A DNA stretch of 64,000 nt, taken from contig NC_134033.1 of assembly GCF_964204645.1 (NCBI RefSeq), positions 14,640,655-14,704,654 on the forward strand, read 5' to 3'. Within the stretch, counting starts at the first letter, position 1; each line of letters starts with the position of its first letter. This document shows, one piece after another, positions 22,588-35,280 of this stretch. Source of the stretch: Tubulanus polymorphus (Eukaryota > Animalia > Nemertea). The notes below the pieces were generated by a model. That model was not told the DNA's origin and did not search any database. It was given only the letters and a program-made list of their open reading frames with translations. Position numbers and translations under genes: made by a program.

Positions 22588-22871
22588 CAGGATCCACAAT
22601 TTCACAGTTCAGGATCTAGTTCTACAGTCCAGTTACTCGATTCCACAGTTCAGGACCCGGCTCGATAATTCAGGACCCAGTTCATCAGTTCGGAATCCAG
22701 TTCCACAGTTCAGAATCCAGTTCCACAGTTCAGGTTCAGTTCCACAGTTCTGGTCCAGTTCCACAGCTCAGGAACCAATTCCGCAGTTCGGGACTCAGTT
22801 CCAAAGTTCTGGACCCAGCTCCACAGTTACGGATTCAGTTCCGACAATTCAGGCCCCGGTTCCACGGTTCC
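22588..22871. repeat. ~20-bp minisatellite (caggacccagttccacagtt), about 14 degenerate units
   Basis: Repeated ccagttccacagttcagga units; explains ORF 22574-22909. Confidence 0.85.
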
Positions 22872-23779
22872 GACTCGTTTCGGCCTTGTGCTCGCTTAAT
22901 GAGCTATAATGTGAAAAACAGCTTATTGTACGAAAATCAAGCTTATAAATATTTCTAAAGAGATGAAACCGCTACGTAAGATTTGATACTCTTAATGAAT
23001 GCAGTCCTTCTAAAATTCCAGCTTATTTAATAAGGACACTTGATAATGAATTGATTATGAAGTTAGTTTGAATATGCGTGATAAAACTAAACGATTGTGT
23101 CAACACCACAATACACACAATAAACCATTATTGAAAAAAAAAAAAACAATTTTTCTACACTGAAATAACCTTGGACCTCTTTGTCCGCAAATTCGCCGCA
23201 ACCGGAAGTGACAATAAACTGGCGCTTGACATTCGGAACTGCAACAAGTCGCCGGAAAAAAACCGAATAACATCGATCGTGCATTAGACGCGATCATAGT
23301 TATCAATAGCGACTTGATTGTCATTTATTTATTCTACGATTCAGACGATATGAGAGCTCAGCGTGTAATAGACGAACCGTCGACCTATTCACGCGTTATC
23401 GATCGCGTTTGTTCGCCTGTGCTGCATAAATTGCTACGTCGATGATGAAACGTCGCGTGCGTGCTATATAAAGATGTTTTTTTTTTTCATTTCGCGAAGG
23501 ATCCATCGCGAAACGAGAGAGAAATTCAACAATCGTCACCGGGTAATTCCGTGTGATTAAAACCGGTCACAGATCAATCGCAGATTAGGATATCTGCTAA
23601 TTGATATGTCAGAGCGTAACCGCCGCATTCGGTATATTGGTTGCTATAGTTCTATCGAAAGGTCAATTCACAGAATTAACGATAATACGATCTCATTTCT
23701 TACAAGGTTTTTACAAAATAAATGGACAAACAGTCGAGAGGAATCTCGTTAATACGAATCTTGTGGGCAAAAGTGCAAT

Positions 23780-24075
23780 TATTAAAGTTTTTGCCTCTCT
23801 TTCTATACTAACGAAATGTCAAATTCTATTATCTGGTGATGAAAGCCAAACGTTTGAAATAAATGAGGTTATTTTAGAAAATACGGCTAAGTTTGTTAAA
23901 AACAATTTACATGCCATTTAAGTATCACAATTCATATTGATTCACTCATTTGTATTGATAGTTTTTATAAAATTACTATATTTTGCCTGACTTAAATAAG
24001 ATTGTGTTGATAATGTACATTATGTATCTAAGCAAACCATTTATATTTAATGTATTTGTTATCTAATGATAAAGG
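23780..24075 (+). mobile_element. Probable 5'-truncated LINE 3' end (ORF2 C-terminal remnant)
   Basis: The ORF ends ILLSGDESQTFEINEVILENTAKFVKNN*, resembling the LLxG...N..I...V.KFI terminus of CR1/L2-group ORF2, followed by an AT-rich tail. Confidence 0.4.
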
Positions 24076-24632
24076 CACAATCGTATTAGAAAAAAAATTG
24101 ATGTAAATATCTTAGCTTGGACACGAATGAACGTAATAAACGGGTTTCGTCAGAATCGTATCAACGACGTTCATATATAATATAAGCAGTACTCAGATTA
24201 TACATCAAAGACAATGAAATCAGTGGAAAGACGGTTTTGTTTATACAAATGAAAGCTACCATTTTTACAAGTATCAATATGTTATTTGTAAAAAAAAACT
24301 GATAAGTTTAAGTTTTATTTAAAAGGTTTGATTCTTCTCCAATCTACTCATTTCATTCACATTTATTCACTTAATCAACCCAAAGCTAAGAACGATTAAG
24401 CCCTAGGAATTTTTTCGGTTTCGCTTTGTGTATAGCTCCTCCGCAGTCACGAGTACCGGTAGGCCTAATGCGTATGTGATTGCTGAGTAAATATTTCCCG
24501 ATGGCGCTTTCATTTACCCAATAAATATTTAGATAGTAAAAAATGGAAAACCGTGTTATTATGAGTTATTTCCTGCGATGGAAAAAACGCGAATTCTGCG
24601 TAACAAAAAGGAAACATTGTGGAAAACGAATT

Positions 24633-24723
24633 TCCCTCGAGCCGGATTTGAACCAGCGACCTAAGGATATCGGCATTGACATGACTCTACAGTCCTCCGC
24701 TCTACCAACTGAGCTATCGAGGG
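24633..24723 (-). tRNA. trnY-GTA: tRNA-Tyr(GTA) with 18-nt intron (24669-24686)
   Basis: Minus strand: CCCTCGATAGCTCAGTTGGTAGAGCGGAGGACTGTAG[AGTCATGTCAATGCCGAT]ATCCTTAGGTCGCTGGTTCAAATCCGGCTCGAGGGA. Acceptor stem, A and B boxes and canonical 37/38 intron are intact; T4 and T5 runs lie downstream. Confidence 0.97.
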
Positions 24724-25139
24724 ATATACGTGAAACCAGTTCCAGGTGTATTTTAAAGCGCTGTCATTTGTCGCCTTCAGGTGTTACAGCCATATGCTTT
24801 TGACGTCGTAGAAACTGTTGATATAAATTGATACCTATGCATGCATTATTTAACGGTTCTGTGTGAGTAGAATGTGTATAACGTCATCAATGTTGTCGTT
24901 TCAAAATACAAAGTTTTGGCGTTTATTGAATGTATTTCATAACTTTTTTCGTTTCGGAGAGGTGGTGCGCTACGTCATCAATATATCGGTGCTAGACTAG
25001 ACTAGTAAACGGTCGATTCAATTTAATTATCGATATATTCAAATGCAAAATATGACGTCATATGCATATACCTTTGAGAAATTTTGTAAAATCACTGCCA
25101 ATATGGCGTCGTCACTTGACTAGAGTATATAGGGCAAAA

Positions 25140-25465
25140 CATCCTCCCTCGGTAGGGATTCGAACCTGATGGCATCGCTCGACTCATGCCATGGCACGAA
25201 ACCCTGAGTCTAGACCGGGTGTGAAAGGTTTGCCGCATGAAAACCTGCTGCACCAATCAGATTTGTCGTCGCATACTCGCTGAGGCAAATTTCATTGAAG
25301 AACAATACATGGGAAAACCCGGGCTAAAAGAAAATGGGACATCTGATTGGCTAATAATAACATCATCTACTGCATAGTAGCTGCACACTCTGTGTAGTAT
25401 GGTAGGGTTTCGGTACCATGGCAATTTCGATGTCATTAGGTTCGAATCCCTGCCGGGTGAGGATG
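25140..25465. mobile_element. MITE family A copy (opposite orientation to 21183)
   Basis: catcctccctcggtagggattcgaacctgatggcatcg ... ggttcgaatccctgccgggtgaggatg; the interior is the reverse complement of the 21183-21521 interior. Confidence 0.85.
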
Positions 25466-27225
25466 ACCTTTATTCATTCTAACAGTTATCAGAAAACACC
25501 CGATTATTGATATATTTTCCTACGTTCATATGTCATAAGAAGCTATGGTCATTTACACCTTATCGCGATAGATACAATCTATATAAATTATAGAACTCAG
25601 TCTAAATCAATAGCGTACCCAGCATTAGACCTACATTACGAGAAATGTATACGCGCGTATGAAAATAATTAATTATTCACGAAAGGCATTGATTGCGATG
25701 CTAGAAACAAATGCGGTACCGGCACCGCTACTGTGGCAAGCGAGGATTCGGCATTGATCCGCCAGGCGTCGCTAGTGGTAGTTGGGTCACCACGCTTCGG
25801 TTATTTCTACATTTCTTCATTTCGAATCTACTTTTCTAATGAGCAAATACATCTTCAGTAAATTCTAAACCATACATGAGTGAGAAAGGAAATCATATTT
25901 ATTCGATGAATCCGGTTCGAGGTTCTTTGAAAACGAACATAATTTTCACTACGAACAACCCAGTGTATTGCTGCGCCATCTGGTGTGCGTATCGGTAACC
26001 CATTCAGCGCTTCATACATCACCTGAGTTCTGAAGCCATGTACGCGTGACAGATCGTCGATTAAACAAAACCGATTTTGCCTTCTATACAGAGTAGCAAA
26101 ATGTAGCCGATGAAAACGTTCGTGAAGTCCTCTTATCTCTGACAGCGAAACAATGCCTCGCGTCTGACTACGTACGTGCTGTTGTTCCACGCTAAACACC
26201 TAGAGCACCGATATATCATCATTCAAATATCTAAACGAGTTCGCGAGATTATTTTCAAAATAAGCATGACGTCATCACCACGTGACCGAGCTACGCGCCC
26301 ACAGATTTAGTGTTTAGATTTGGCATTACCACCGAAACGGACCAGTCGCTCTCTTCGAGTGGACCGGATTTTGATTTTTCGCGTATATAAATGTATACAG
26401 CCTATGTTTTGAAATGAAAGAAAACGAACATACCCAGCTCTTCGCGCTGACGAAGGTTTATTCCGCTTGGGTCTTTTCCGATTTTTCGATCTGGCGGCGG
26501 TGAGTAGAACGGACATGATGATTGGTGCGCGGTACGGCGGTGTGTTTTGTACGATCGAATGAAGATGACGCCTCTACTGCGATGACATCGCAAATGACTA
26601 CCTACAGACGAGCACGACCGGTTTTTATTTCACAGAGCGTCAACGAGCGAATCCGTCAGTAATGGTTGCTAACGATGCAGCATTTATGGTTGCAACAGCC
26701 AGCACCGCCGGTTCGGATCGATGAGACGACGCGCACAGATATACCACACACACATACGCACATTCACTCTCAACTCTCGCTACTTCGATAGTCCACTCCA
26801 TCTCTTTTCAACGCTTTGTTCGATGATATAACTTAGTTAGAAATAGATAATTGAAACATCGGAACATATTTACTCCGGAAGCCACACTTGAAAAATCTAC
26901 GCGCTGCGCGGATATATCCATTGCACAGTGTTAGACCACGCAGTCGTGTTTTTAGATTGGTCCTTCAAATTTCAAATCATTTTCCCACAACAGAGAAAAT
27001 TTTATTGCAGTTTCAAGTAATTAAATTCGTCGTATAAAACTGTGTTTTAGCGTGGATACTAACCGAAACCTTGCCACGAATTGTAGCCACTTGATTTTAC
27101 GTTTCGTACGTTTCATATCGAAATTTCTAAAATTTGATTCAATTATTCGTCAGGGGAGTTTTGTGGGAAGCCGTATCAAATGAGTAAACGCGTAGACATA
27201 TTTCACTTAATAGGTTTACTAGATG

Positions 27226-27470
27226 GAGCGAGCGGTTTGGGGGCCAGTGGTTAGAGCGTTCGACACCGGGGAGCCAGGTCGTGGGTTCGGGGGAAGCCCG
27301 CAAATTGCCGTAGTGTCCTCAGGCAAGACACTTATCCTCATTGCCTCTCTCCACCCAGGAGTAAATGGGTACCTGTTCTGATAGGTGACTCCTGAGCGCC
27401 TAGCAGCTGCTCGGATGTTACTTCTCCCGGAACCGTTGTTTAGTATCGAGTGAGTGGTTTCCGTAATAAG
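27226..27470 (+). mobile_element. tRNA-derived SINE with Deu/Nin-type central domain
   Basis: Head ggccagtggttagagcg...gtgggttcg (A/B boxes), then gtgtcctcaggcaagacactt and ttgcctctctccacccaggagtaaatgggtacc, the conserved Deu/Nin SINE core. Confidence 0.75.
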
Positions 27471-30400
27471 CGCGTTCTCTAATTAATCACGGGCTAAATC
27501 TATCTCGGGCCTGATCCCTGCCAATTTGGCCTGAAACAAGTCGTCTCCGTGTTATGGCGGCTTATACATTAGGGTTGATGTACGCAAAATGCTGCTTTTT
27601 ACATGAATAAGTTACGATTCATGACAACGTCCTGAAGATATCAAAAATAAAAGAGGAGGGAACGGGGGATGAGGGGAGAGGGAGCTATAGACAGGCAGAG
27701 AGGAATTTAAAACCTAAGCCATATCGGAATACTCTCTGTCAAACTCTAAATGAAGTGTCTATTTATGTTGAAAAAAACAATATATCGGAAAACTCTAGTG
27801 ATAAACAAATATATGTATCTCTTTTTATCTGAATATGATATAGATCGTACATCCGTCGGGTGAGGAAATATAAAAACAAAACCGCGTGTCGAAGTATAGC
27901 TTAAGGTTAACATCGGTTAAAACGAAACGACGACGAAGAGTACACATAACAGGCCGGAAAGGTCTAGACGATAATGTTGCAATATTGATATCGGTTGTTA
28001 TTGGATGAAATATAAAACGAATTCGATGTTTCGATTATCAATTGTTAAAAGCGCAGTTCTGCTGTTTTGCTGCGGATATCCTATAGACCCATTAATCGTG
28101 GTCCGCTCTGTGTATATACGCTCAGTCGATTTTACCATTTGCGGCAAAAAATGACATTTCTCACATTTAACTAACGGATAGTTTTGAATTATATATAATT
28201 TTTTTTCAATAAAACATGTAAAATAAATGCATGGCATCGTATATGCGCGGCAATGAATATAAGTACATGTTTATATTACGGTTTTTTTTTGTTAACGTAT
28301 TTTAAAATGTTCACGGAATTGTATTGTATATGCCCTTCTATGAAAGATACTAAATCTGATCCGGGGTTTTCTACCTCCAAATGAGCTTGAGCCGCGTAGA
28401 CTAATTTACCTATCCAGTAGAAAGAATTTTTAGCAAACATTTACTTAGATAGTTAGATAATTTTATCGTCCACAAAAAATGTTTGCATTGATAAAATCAG
28501 TTTCAATGGTTAGTGCACGATATCAATATAAGACGTGTTGTAAGTGACATCGTGTATATCGATAATTAGACATATCAAAATTAATAATTAAAGGAGATGT
28601 ATTAATAACACTAATTGATGTCTATTGGATTAGTTGGTCTCCTATTGTTTTCAAGCGAGGCCTCAAAAAGTAACTGCCTAATTTAAGTTTCTTTTTTTGG
28701 TCAGTTTCTGGTATTTAAACTTAATCTGTGTGATTAGGTAGTAAGAGGGTGGTGAGGACATTTCGTAAACTTTAGGTTTCGTTCACGCGTCCCTCCATCT
28801 TGAATGCTTGTATTTTGTATTGTATAATTATCACAATTCAAAATGGCAAAACAGGTCCGTATCTAGCGATTTTTACGATAGCGGACTTATTGTAAGATGC
28901 AAACGCGAAAAGATGCGCAGTTTTAGTCGGAGGTCCAATCGGAGAAATCAAGTGGATCGCGCGGGGAAAAGAAATGAACAAGCAAAAATGCGGTTGAAAT
29001 AAACTTACTGCGTTTGTTGCGTGTCAACCGCCGAAGATTCCGCCGATTTCGATTCGCGTTGTTGTTCTTTGCGTTTCTTCTCTTTCTTGCAGTTCCGATT
29101 TCGATTTCCGCTGAGTAAAACGGACATTTCGGTTCGATGCGGTTTGAATCGATTTCACGAACAGGGCACTTTCTGCTATAGCAGTGACGACGGCGCCAAC
29201 GGTTGTGCTTCCCCGGAACGACGATTGCGTGATATTTATAATCAGGTTATTTGAATCGGCCGCGCGCGCATAAAAAGCGCTTCTAATTTTCCTCTAATTT
29301 TTCTTAAGATATTTGCGTATGCAATGTTTACGCGAGGTTTTTTTTTGTTGAGCCCTGTTGTTAATCTGAACGCCGCGCGCGATTGAAATGATGATCGCGA
29401 ACGAGCGAACTGTGGCGAATGACGTGAACGAGTTACTTTCACCCGATAACCATAGAAGCGCGTGTAATACCGGGGGATGTCGTTCGCGGTGAAGTGTCGT
29501 CCCGCTTATTAACTACCAGACGCGAAATTGATACCAATCGTATACGTATTTATATACATATGATGGTTGTCGCGTATCGTTTCAATTTTCCAGCTAATTG
29601 CCGAACGAATGTCGCTTTATTCCGATTGAATTTTTTTTCTCTTCACAAAATAGATCCGAAAATAATCTAGGCCTAATTCAACAGTCGTGCGCGATATGCT
29701 GCACATGCGCATTTCGTCATGCCTTCAAACTCTTTAGTCGTAGACAACACCTACGTGTATATTGAAATCGGCGTGACGTAATAGTCCTGTGGGGCCTTGC
29801 ATAATTTACGTCTTCGCCTCCATAAATCCTCTAATGATCGAGTATTACCACTAAAAGCCTAGCGGGTCATTTTATATTTACAACAAGTGAAGAACTATTA
29901 ACGAATGGATTATGAAAAAAAATTCCAAACAGTTCCACAGTTCTGGGTTAAAAGTTTCAGTCGGAAAATGTGGAACTGGATCCCGGACCCGTTCAAGGTC
30001 TGTTCTTTTTCACTTCCGCGTTGGGATATCTATTTAACTGTATCGACATTTTATCCGACGCTGCTGCTACGATGAATTCATTATTCACGATATGTCAATC
30101 TAGTGTACTTTTCCTAAAACATGTTTTTCTTTCCATGAAGTCATTCTCTACGTCGAGACGAATACACAGATACATGGACTTTACCTTTGTGCCGAGAAAT
30201 GAAGTTTTGGATGTTTTGTAAAAGAACTGAGAGGGCCCTGAAGTGATGCTTAGTGCCGAGGCATGTGTTTATACGTCCACGCATCACGATTGATGCTTAA
30301 AACGTACGTATTAAAACTATACCTCTATATTAACGTGGCTCTCAAAGTGTCAGTAACTCACTGATGTAAATGGTGCTTGATTATGGACAAATATGTGTTT

Positions 30401-32234
30401 ACCGAGTGTTCAGTCGAATTTTGAAGGCGCAGAGTTTGCTGATCGTGTGTACGGCGCGTTGCACGGGGTTGACGAGTGTTGTATCGCCGTTGAAGAGCCA
30501 CGACGCGGAAGTTAACAAATAAACGGTTCGCGATCTGTGTTGCTCTAGAGATGAGAGCTGTTTGCATCAAGCGCTGCGCGCGGTCCTCTGACTTTCTCCA
30601 TCGCAAACATGATGAATTTCACTATTACAGCTCTGTGTCAAGCACACCTCAAGACCTTTGTTGTTTTAGAATATTCTGGATAGAAATTTCGGGGAGGGGC
30701 ACCCGGGTTAACAGACGACGGAGAATTCTGGAGGGCAGAAAAGTTGGCAGAAAATTCTGGACAGGAAATATTTCCGGAATTCTGTGATTCACAGACCCGG
30801 TAGTTATAGAAATGAACTGATTACAAAATGTCATTGCAGTTTACAAAATTGCCCGGCCGATTAGAAGAAACAAGGTATCATTCTTTCTTGAAACCTCATA
30901 GGGAAATATATGATTTTAAATGGACGTGTCCCGAAGCATCTACACAGTTTATACTATTATAAAACCGAATACGCACCCACAAACAAGCATAAAACGAATC
31001 TCTAACGAATCAATCAGAAGTACATTAGTACTTCAGCATTTATTCTCTGGTCAATTGAAATAAAAAAAGAACAACATTTTCTAAGATTGTTATACAATAT
31101 ACAACATATTATGCCTCGATACAGCGGTGATTTTTGATAGATATATTTTCCCAATGGAAATTAAACACGACGCCGCGTTGGCCGACACGGAATTATTTGA
31201 CGGGTTGGTTCTGTATGTCGTGCTGAAGCCGTGTGTGTATTAGACCCTGGGGATAACGAAAACAATGAATATTGCATTGGCTTTGTCGGAAACAAATTTT
31301 ACATTTCAAAATATGTGCGCGGCTCGAGCGGCCTGGTATAACCCCTCAGATATGCGCCATTTATTGAGTGAAGCCTTTTGCAAGTTATTAATGTGCGCAC
31401 GCCCCACCATTCAGATTTACCGATAAGGCTGGAAAGGGGTGGCTCCGATAAAAATGATTTTTTATCGGAATTTTTTTCTCATGTAGATTGAAAATAAAGG
31501 ATTTTTCCTCTCACGGGCCTCCATATAATGTCATGTGCAGTACGCACCTGCGGACAGCCGCACGGGTCAGTACAAATTATCTGTTAAAACATAAGTTCCC
31601 AAAAAGAAGCTTGCAACAGGATGTGGCGCGCGTAATGGTGCCGACGATGTTCATTCGACGTCTGAGATTCTACGCTGGAGATGAACACCACCACCGCAGA
31701 GAACAGGATATAATTCGTAATTCGCTAGTTCTCGAGTGAATAAATCATGAGGCATCGCGATACAACCGCGCAAAATATAGCCGATACTCCGTGTTATAAA
31801 ACACTAATTTCTCATGCTAAACGGTCGTTATGTACAAATTTCCCGTAGCCCTCGGGTGCTGTAAATTTCAGCAAAAAGTTCGCGTTATTCGTGTCCTCAT
31901 TATTTCGTCGTTGGGCGCCATCAATATATAAATATCTAATAACAATTGGTGTATTGAATTGGTTGTACGGCGTATCTCAATTTTCCCAATTTGTTTTTTT
32001 TCTAAACCATTTGTATTTTGTCATAATATGACGACCCGGAGAGAATCGGATAATACCTGATTCATTGTTCGTTTTACAACCGATGCTAATTTTGCGAAAT
32101 AAGCAGATTTTTATATCGCCAACAATTCCGTTTATCGTGTAATTGCATCACGTATATAATGTATTTTGTTCGTTTTATTTTCCCCCGGAAAGGGTTTGAT
32201 TATTTTTGAACGGGATAAAGTGGATGATTTAGAG

Positions 32235-33508
32235 CTATAACGTACACGTTACACCAGGATGTGGAACGACGTTGTAATCGGCGCCCGAAAGCGCCCCGCT
32301 ACGCCGACTAGAAATATCTTGCGTTAGTGGCGACGCAGACGCCGCCTGTTGGTCATAGCCGGCGTTTCGTCCATCGCGTCGCCAACAGGAGACGAATTCT
32401 CGGTAACCTTTACGGATTTCGTGATCTACGATGACGAACAGAAGCCAGTTCAACACGAAATACAGTCCCAATATCCAGGACGCGTAGCGCGTCTTAGCCG
32501 TGCTGATGTCGACGAACGCCGCTGCGAATGACGTCACGGCTGACGGCAGCGTGAAACAAACGAAACACACGTAAATAATCGTCAACGTAAAAATGACGCG
32601 ACGCCGACGACTCAACGTCGATTTGACGTCCAGAAAATTCGATACGGAAGCCCGCGGTTTGCTCATGGTCGAGGCGGTGCTTCCTTTACGGTTCCGTGCG
32701 TCCAAGAAGTCTTCGTATATTTTGCGTCGGATCAGCGCGTAGAGGACGCCGATTATTAGCGTGGGCAGGAAAACGCTGACGGAAACCATCGTCAGACCGC
32801 ACGCTTTTGTTCTCGGTTCGGCGTCGTGGTTCACTCTGTACGTGCACACTTTCGTCCAGTCGTTAGCCGTCGTTTCGTTACCGTACGGGTGAATGAAACA
32901 GTCCCATCCGCTACCGACCTCTAGCGACGTGTACGCGATCAACGGAACAGCCCAGACGACTACCAGTGAAATCAAAACCGCTGTTTTCGTTACCTGTTAA
33001 ATTGATATGTATAAGATAATTATATTCAGGCCCGTATTCAGGGAACTTAGGTCACACGACTGTGCAACTGGCGCCTGGTGTTAGCTGGTGTATTTCGACT
33101 TATTTCGTCACATCATCCATCACTGTTCAAAATAGGTTCACAACTTACCTTGACGTTAGGGTGGCACACTTTGACGTATTGGTGTATCGCCATTGCGGCA
33201 ACGCTTATCGTCGAAACGTAACAGGGAATCAGCGTCAATAACGTCATAACCTGGCAGGCGTGCAACGTCGTCGGCATCGAGAGTTGAACGTAAGAATGAA
33301 TAGTGTTGGTCAGTAACGCTAAAACGTTAGCGAAAGTGGCGTTCATTACGTATTTATAATGAGCTTTACGTAAACGTCGAGTTTTTAACAATACGACCAA
33401 CAGAAGAAAGTTCCCACCAACGCCGATTATGAAGAAGACACTTGTAACGTTCCAGCGTATGATGTGTTCAGTAGTAGCTCCCATGGCTTGGACTGTTCGA
33501 TTGTTCAT
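32235..33508 (-). CDS. Orphan class A (rhodopsin-like) GPCR, ~372 aa, two exons
   Basis: Exon 33508-33149 (AAG|GTAAGT) and exon 32993-32235, joined in phase 0. Seven hydrophobic segments, N-terminal N-glycosylation sequons (NRT, NVT), TM1 GGN, TM3 Cys and AIHQYVKVCHP, TM4 W, TM5 FLP...Y, TM6 CFTLP, helix-8 IRKGYR. Confidence 0.88.
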
Positions 33509-34677
33509 TCCAGTTGAAATATCTATATATTAGCCGGGTACGATTGGTATATCTATGACTGAGTAGCAGCTGGATGAATCGTTCAGGCAAGCAGCATCAC
33601 CTGTCTCTAGAATATCGCTGACCAAAAGTCAGAAATCGCTATCACAGGATTTCCTGTACTCTTGTTTCAAACTCACCCGGAGAAGTTAATGCGCGGCAGT
33701 GATCAGTCGCCCAGCTGTCGAGTATTCAAGTGCAGATTATTGCAGAAAATGTGTTTTCATTCGATAATATTAATCTAAATTTCAGAGCGCGGTCATGTGA
33801 TGTTCGTGCTCTGGTCATCGATCTAAATGTCAGTTCCAGCGCGCATGCTTTGATAAGTAATTGTCACGTGAACCCGCGGCGTATTGTGTCATCCAGTGCA
33901 GCTGATCCGAGCTTCCTTGTGTTGCGAAATTAAACACTTTTTGTAACGGCCGAACTCCACGCGAGTTCACACGAATTAAACACCCGCTTATAAACAAATT
34001 CGTTTAGAATCAAATCGAAAATTTTGAAAAACAACCGTTAAACTATTGTGTTCTTGATCGAAATGAAAATTCTATTTCTGGAATTTTGCGTCAACCGGCA
34101 GCAAAACAAAATAATTATGCTACCCACATGCTTTTAATCATGTTGTGTGGTAACAATGAATTTTCGTCATATTCGGAAATAGCTTCAAAATGACGTTATA
34201 GATAGGATTCAATCGTCGATTTTACTATTGTCTGTTTATTTCAAAATGTGGTTAATTAACGAGAGACAATTTCAAGATATACGATTAAGGTCATTCTCAT
34301 TATTATATTTATTATCAATAATTGATATTAAGAATATCATTAATCGTTTTAACTATTATCATTGATATTATCATTGTTATTATTATAATCAATCATCAAA
34401 CTATTTCATAAACCATCTCTTTCTTGTTTTATTGCACCTTTCTTGCGCGCGTTGTACATGGGTCCAATGCCTTGCGATGGTTTGTAAGTACAACCCTATA
34501 GGCTTGCGCTGGATCCCTCATTTGATATCTCCTTGTTATTCCGAATTGGAGAAATAACCTTATTTTGTAATGTAATTAAATGAAAAATTAAATTGTTATT
34601 ATCATTATCATATATCGTTAATTTGAGAGAACGGAAAAAGCCAAAGACAAAACTAAATTTGTCACTCGAAAAATGAA

Positions 34678-34860
34678 GTAATAATAATAATAATAATAAT
34701 ATATTTATTTATCAATATATGTACAAGATTTTTCTATAATGCTCTAATGTACACTTGTCCTACATAATTGAAAGGACATCTCCAAGCCTAAAGGCTGTAC
34801 CAAAAAAATTGATAAATAGATATTAAATAAAGTTGTGTAGGAGGCTCTTCAGGTTTCCCA
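34678..34860 (-). mobile_element. Retroposon 3' tail remnant
   Basis: (aat)n followed by atttatttat on + (AATAAA plus simple-repeat tail on -) and a ccaagcc...ggctgt hairpin-like 3' motif. Confidence 0.35.
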
Positions 34861-35280
34861 CTCCATGCATTATTAATACGAACCAAATTTCTGGGAGAGT
34901 CTTTATAATGCACCTACGAATATGAAATTGCACTCTGTGGCCTCACCAGATGGCGACAACGTTATACAACTCGGTGATTCGATTATGAAAACGTGAGAAG
35001 TATCGATTCTCAATCAGTTCTAGTTTGAGAAGGCTTTGTTCATCGCCATTTCGATATGCTGGTTAATGCTCACTTGCCACGAATAGAATCGTTCATTGAC
35101 GCAGAAGTTGAAGTCACTGGCACGGTAGCCAATTCAATTCAATTCAATTTCTATTTATTTTCTCAGAAAAGCGTTACATTTTTACAAGTTAAACAATTAA
35201 AAAAAAGAGAAAAAAACATATAAATTTACAAAATTATAGCGTGCTTTTCCATGTGGGCCTTGCAAAGCCTTTGTAGGCCA

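Noticed and set aside
25855-26199. 114-aa minus-strand ORF as a FAIM 5' exon
   Set aside because: No similarity to the FAIM N-terminal domain; weak acceptor.
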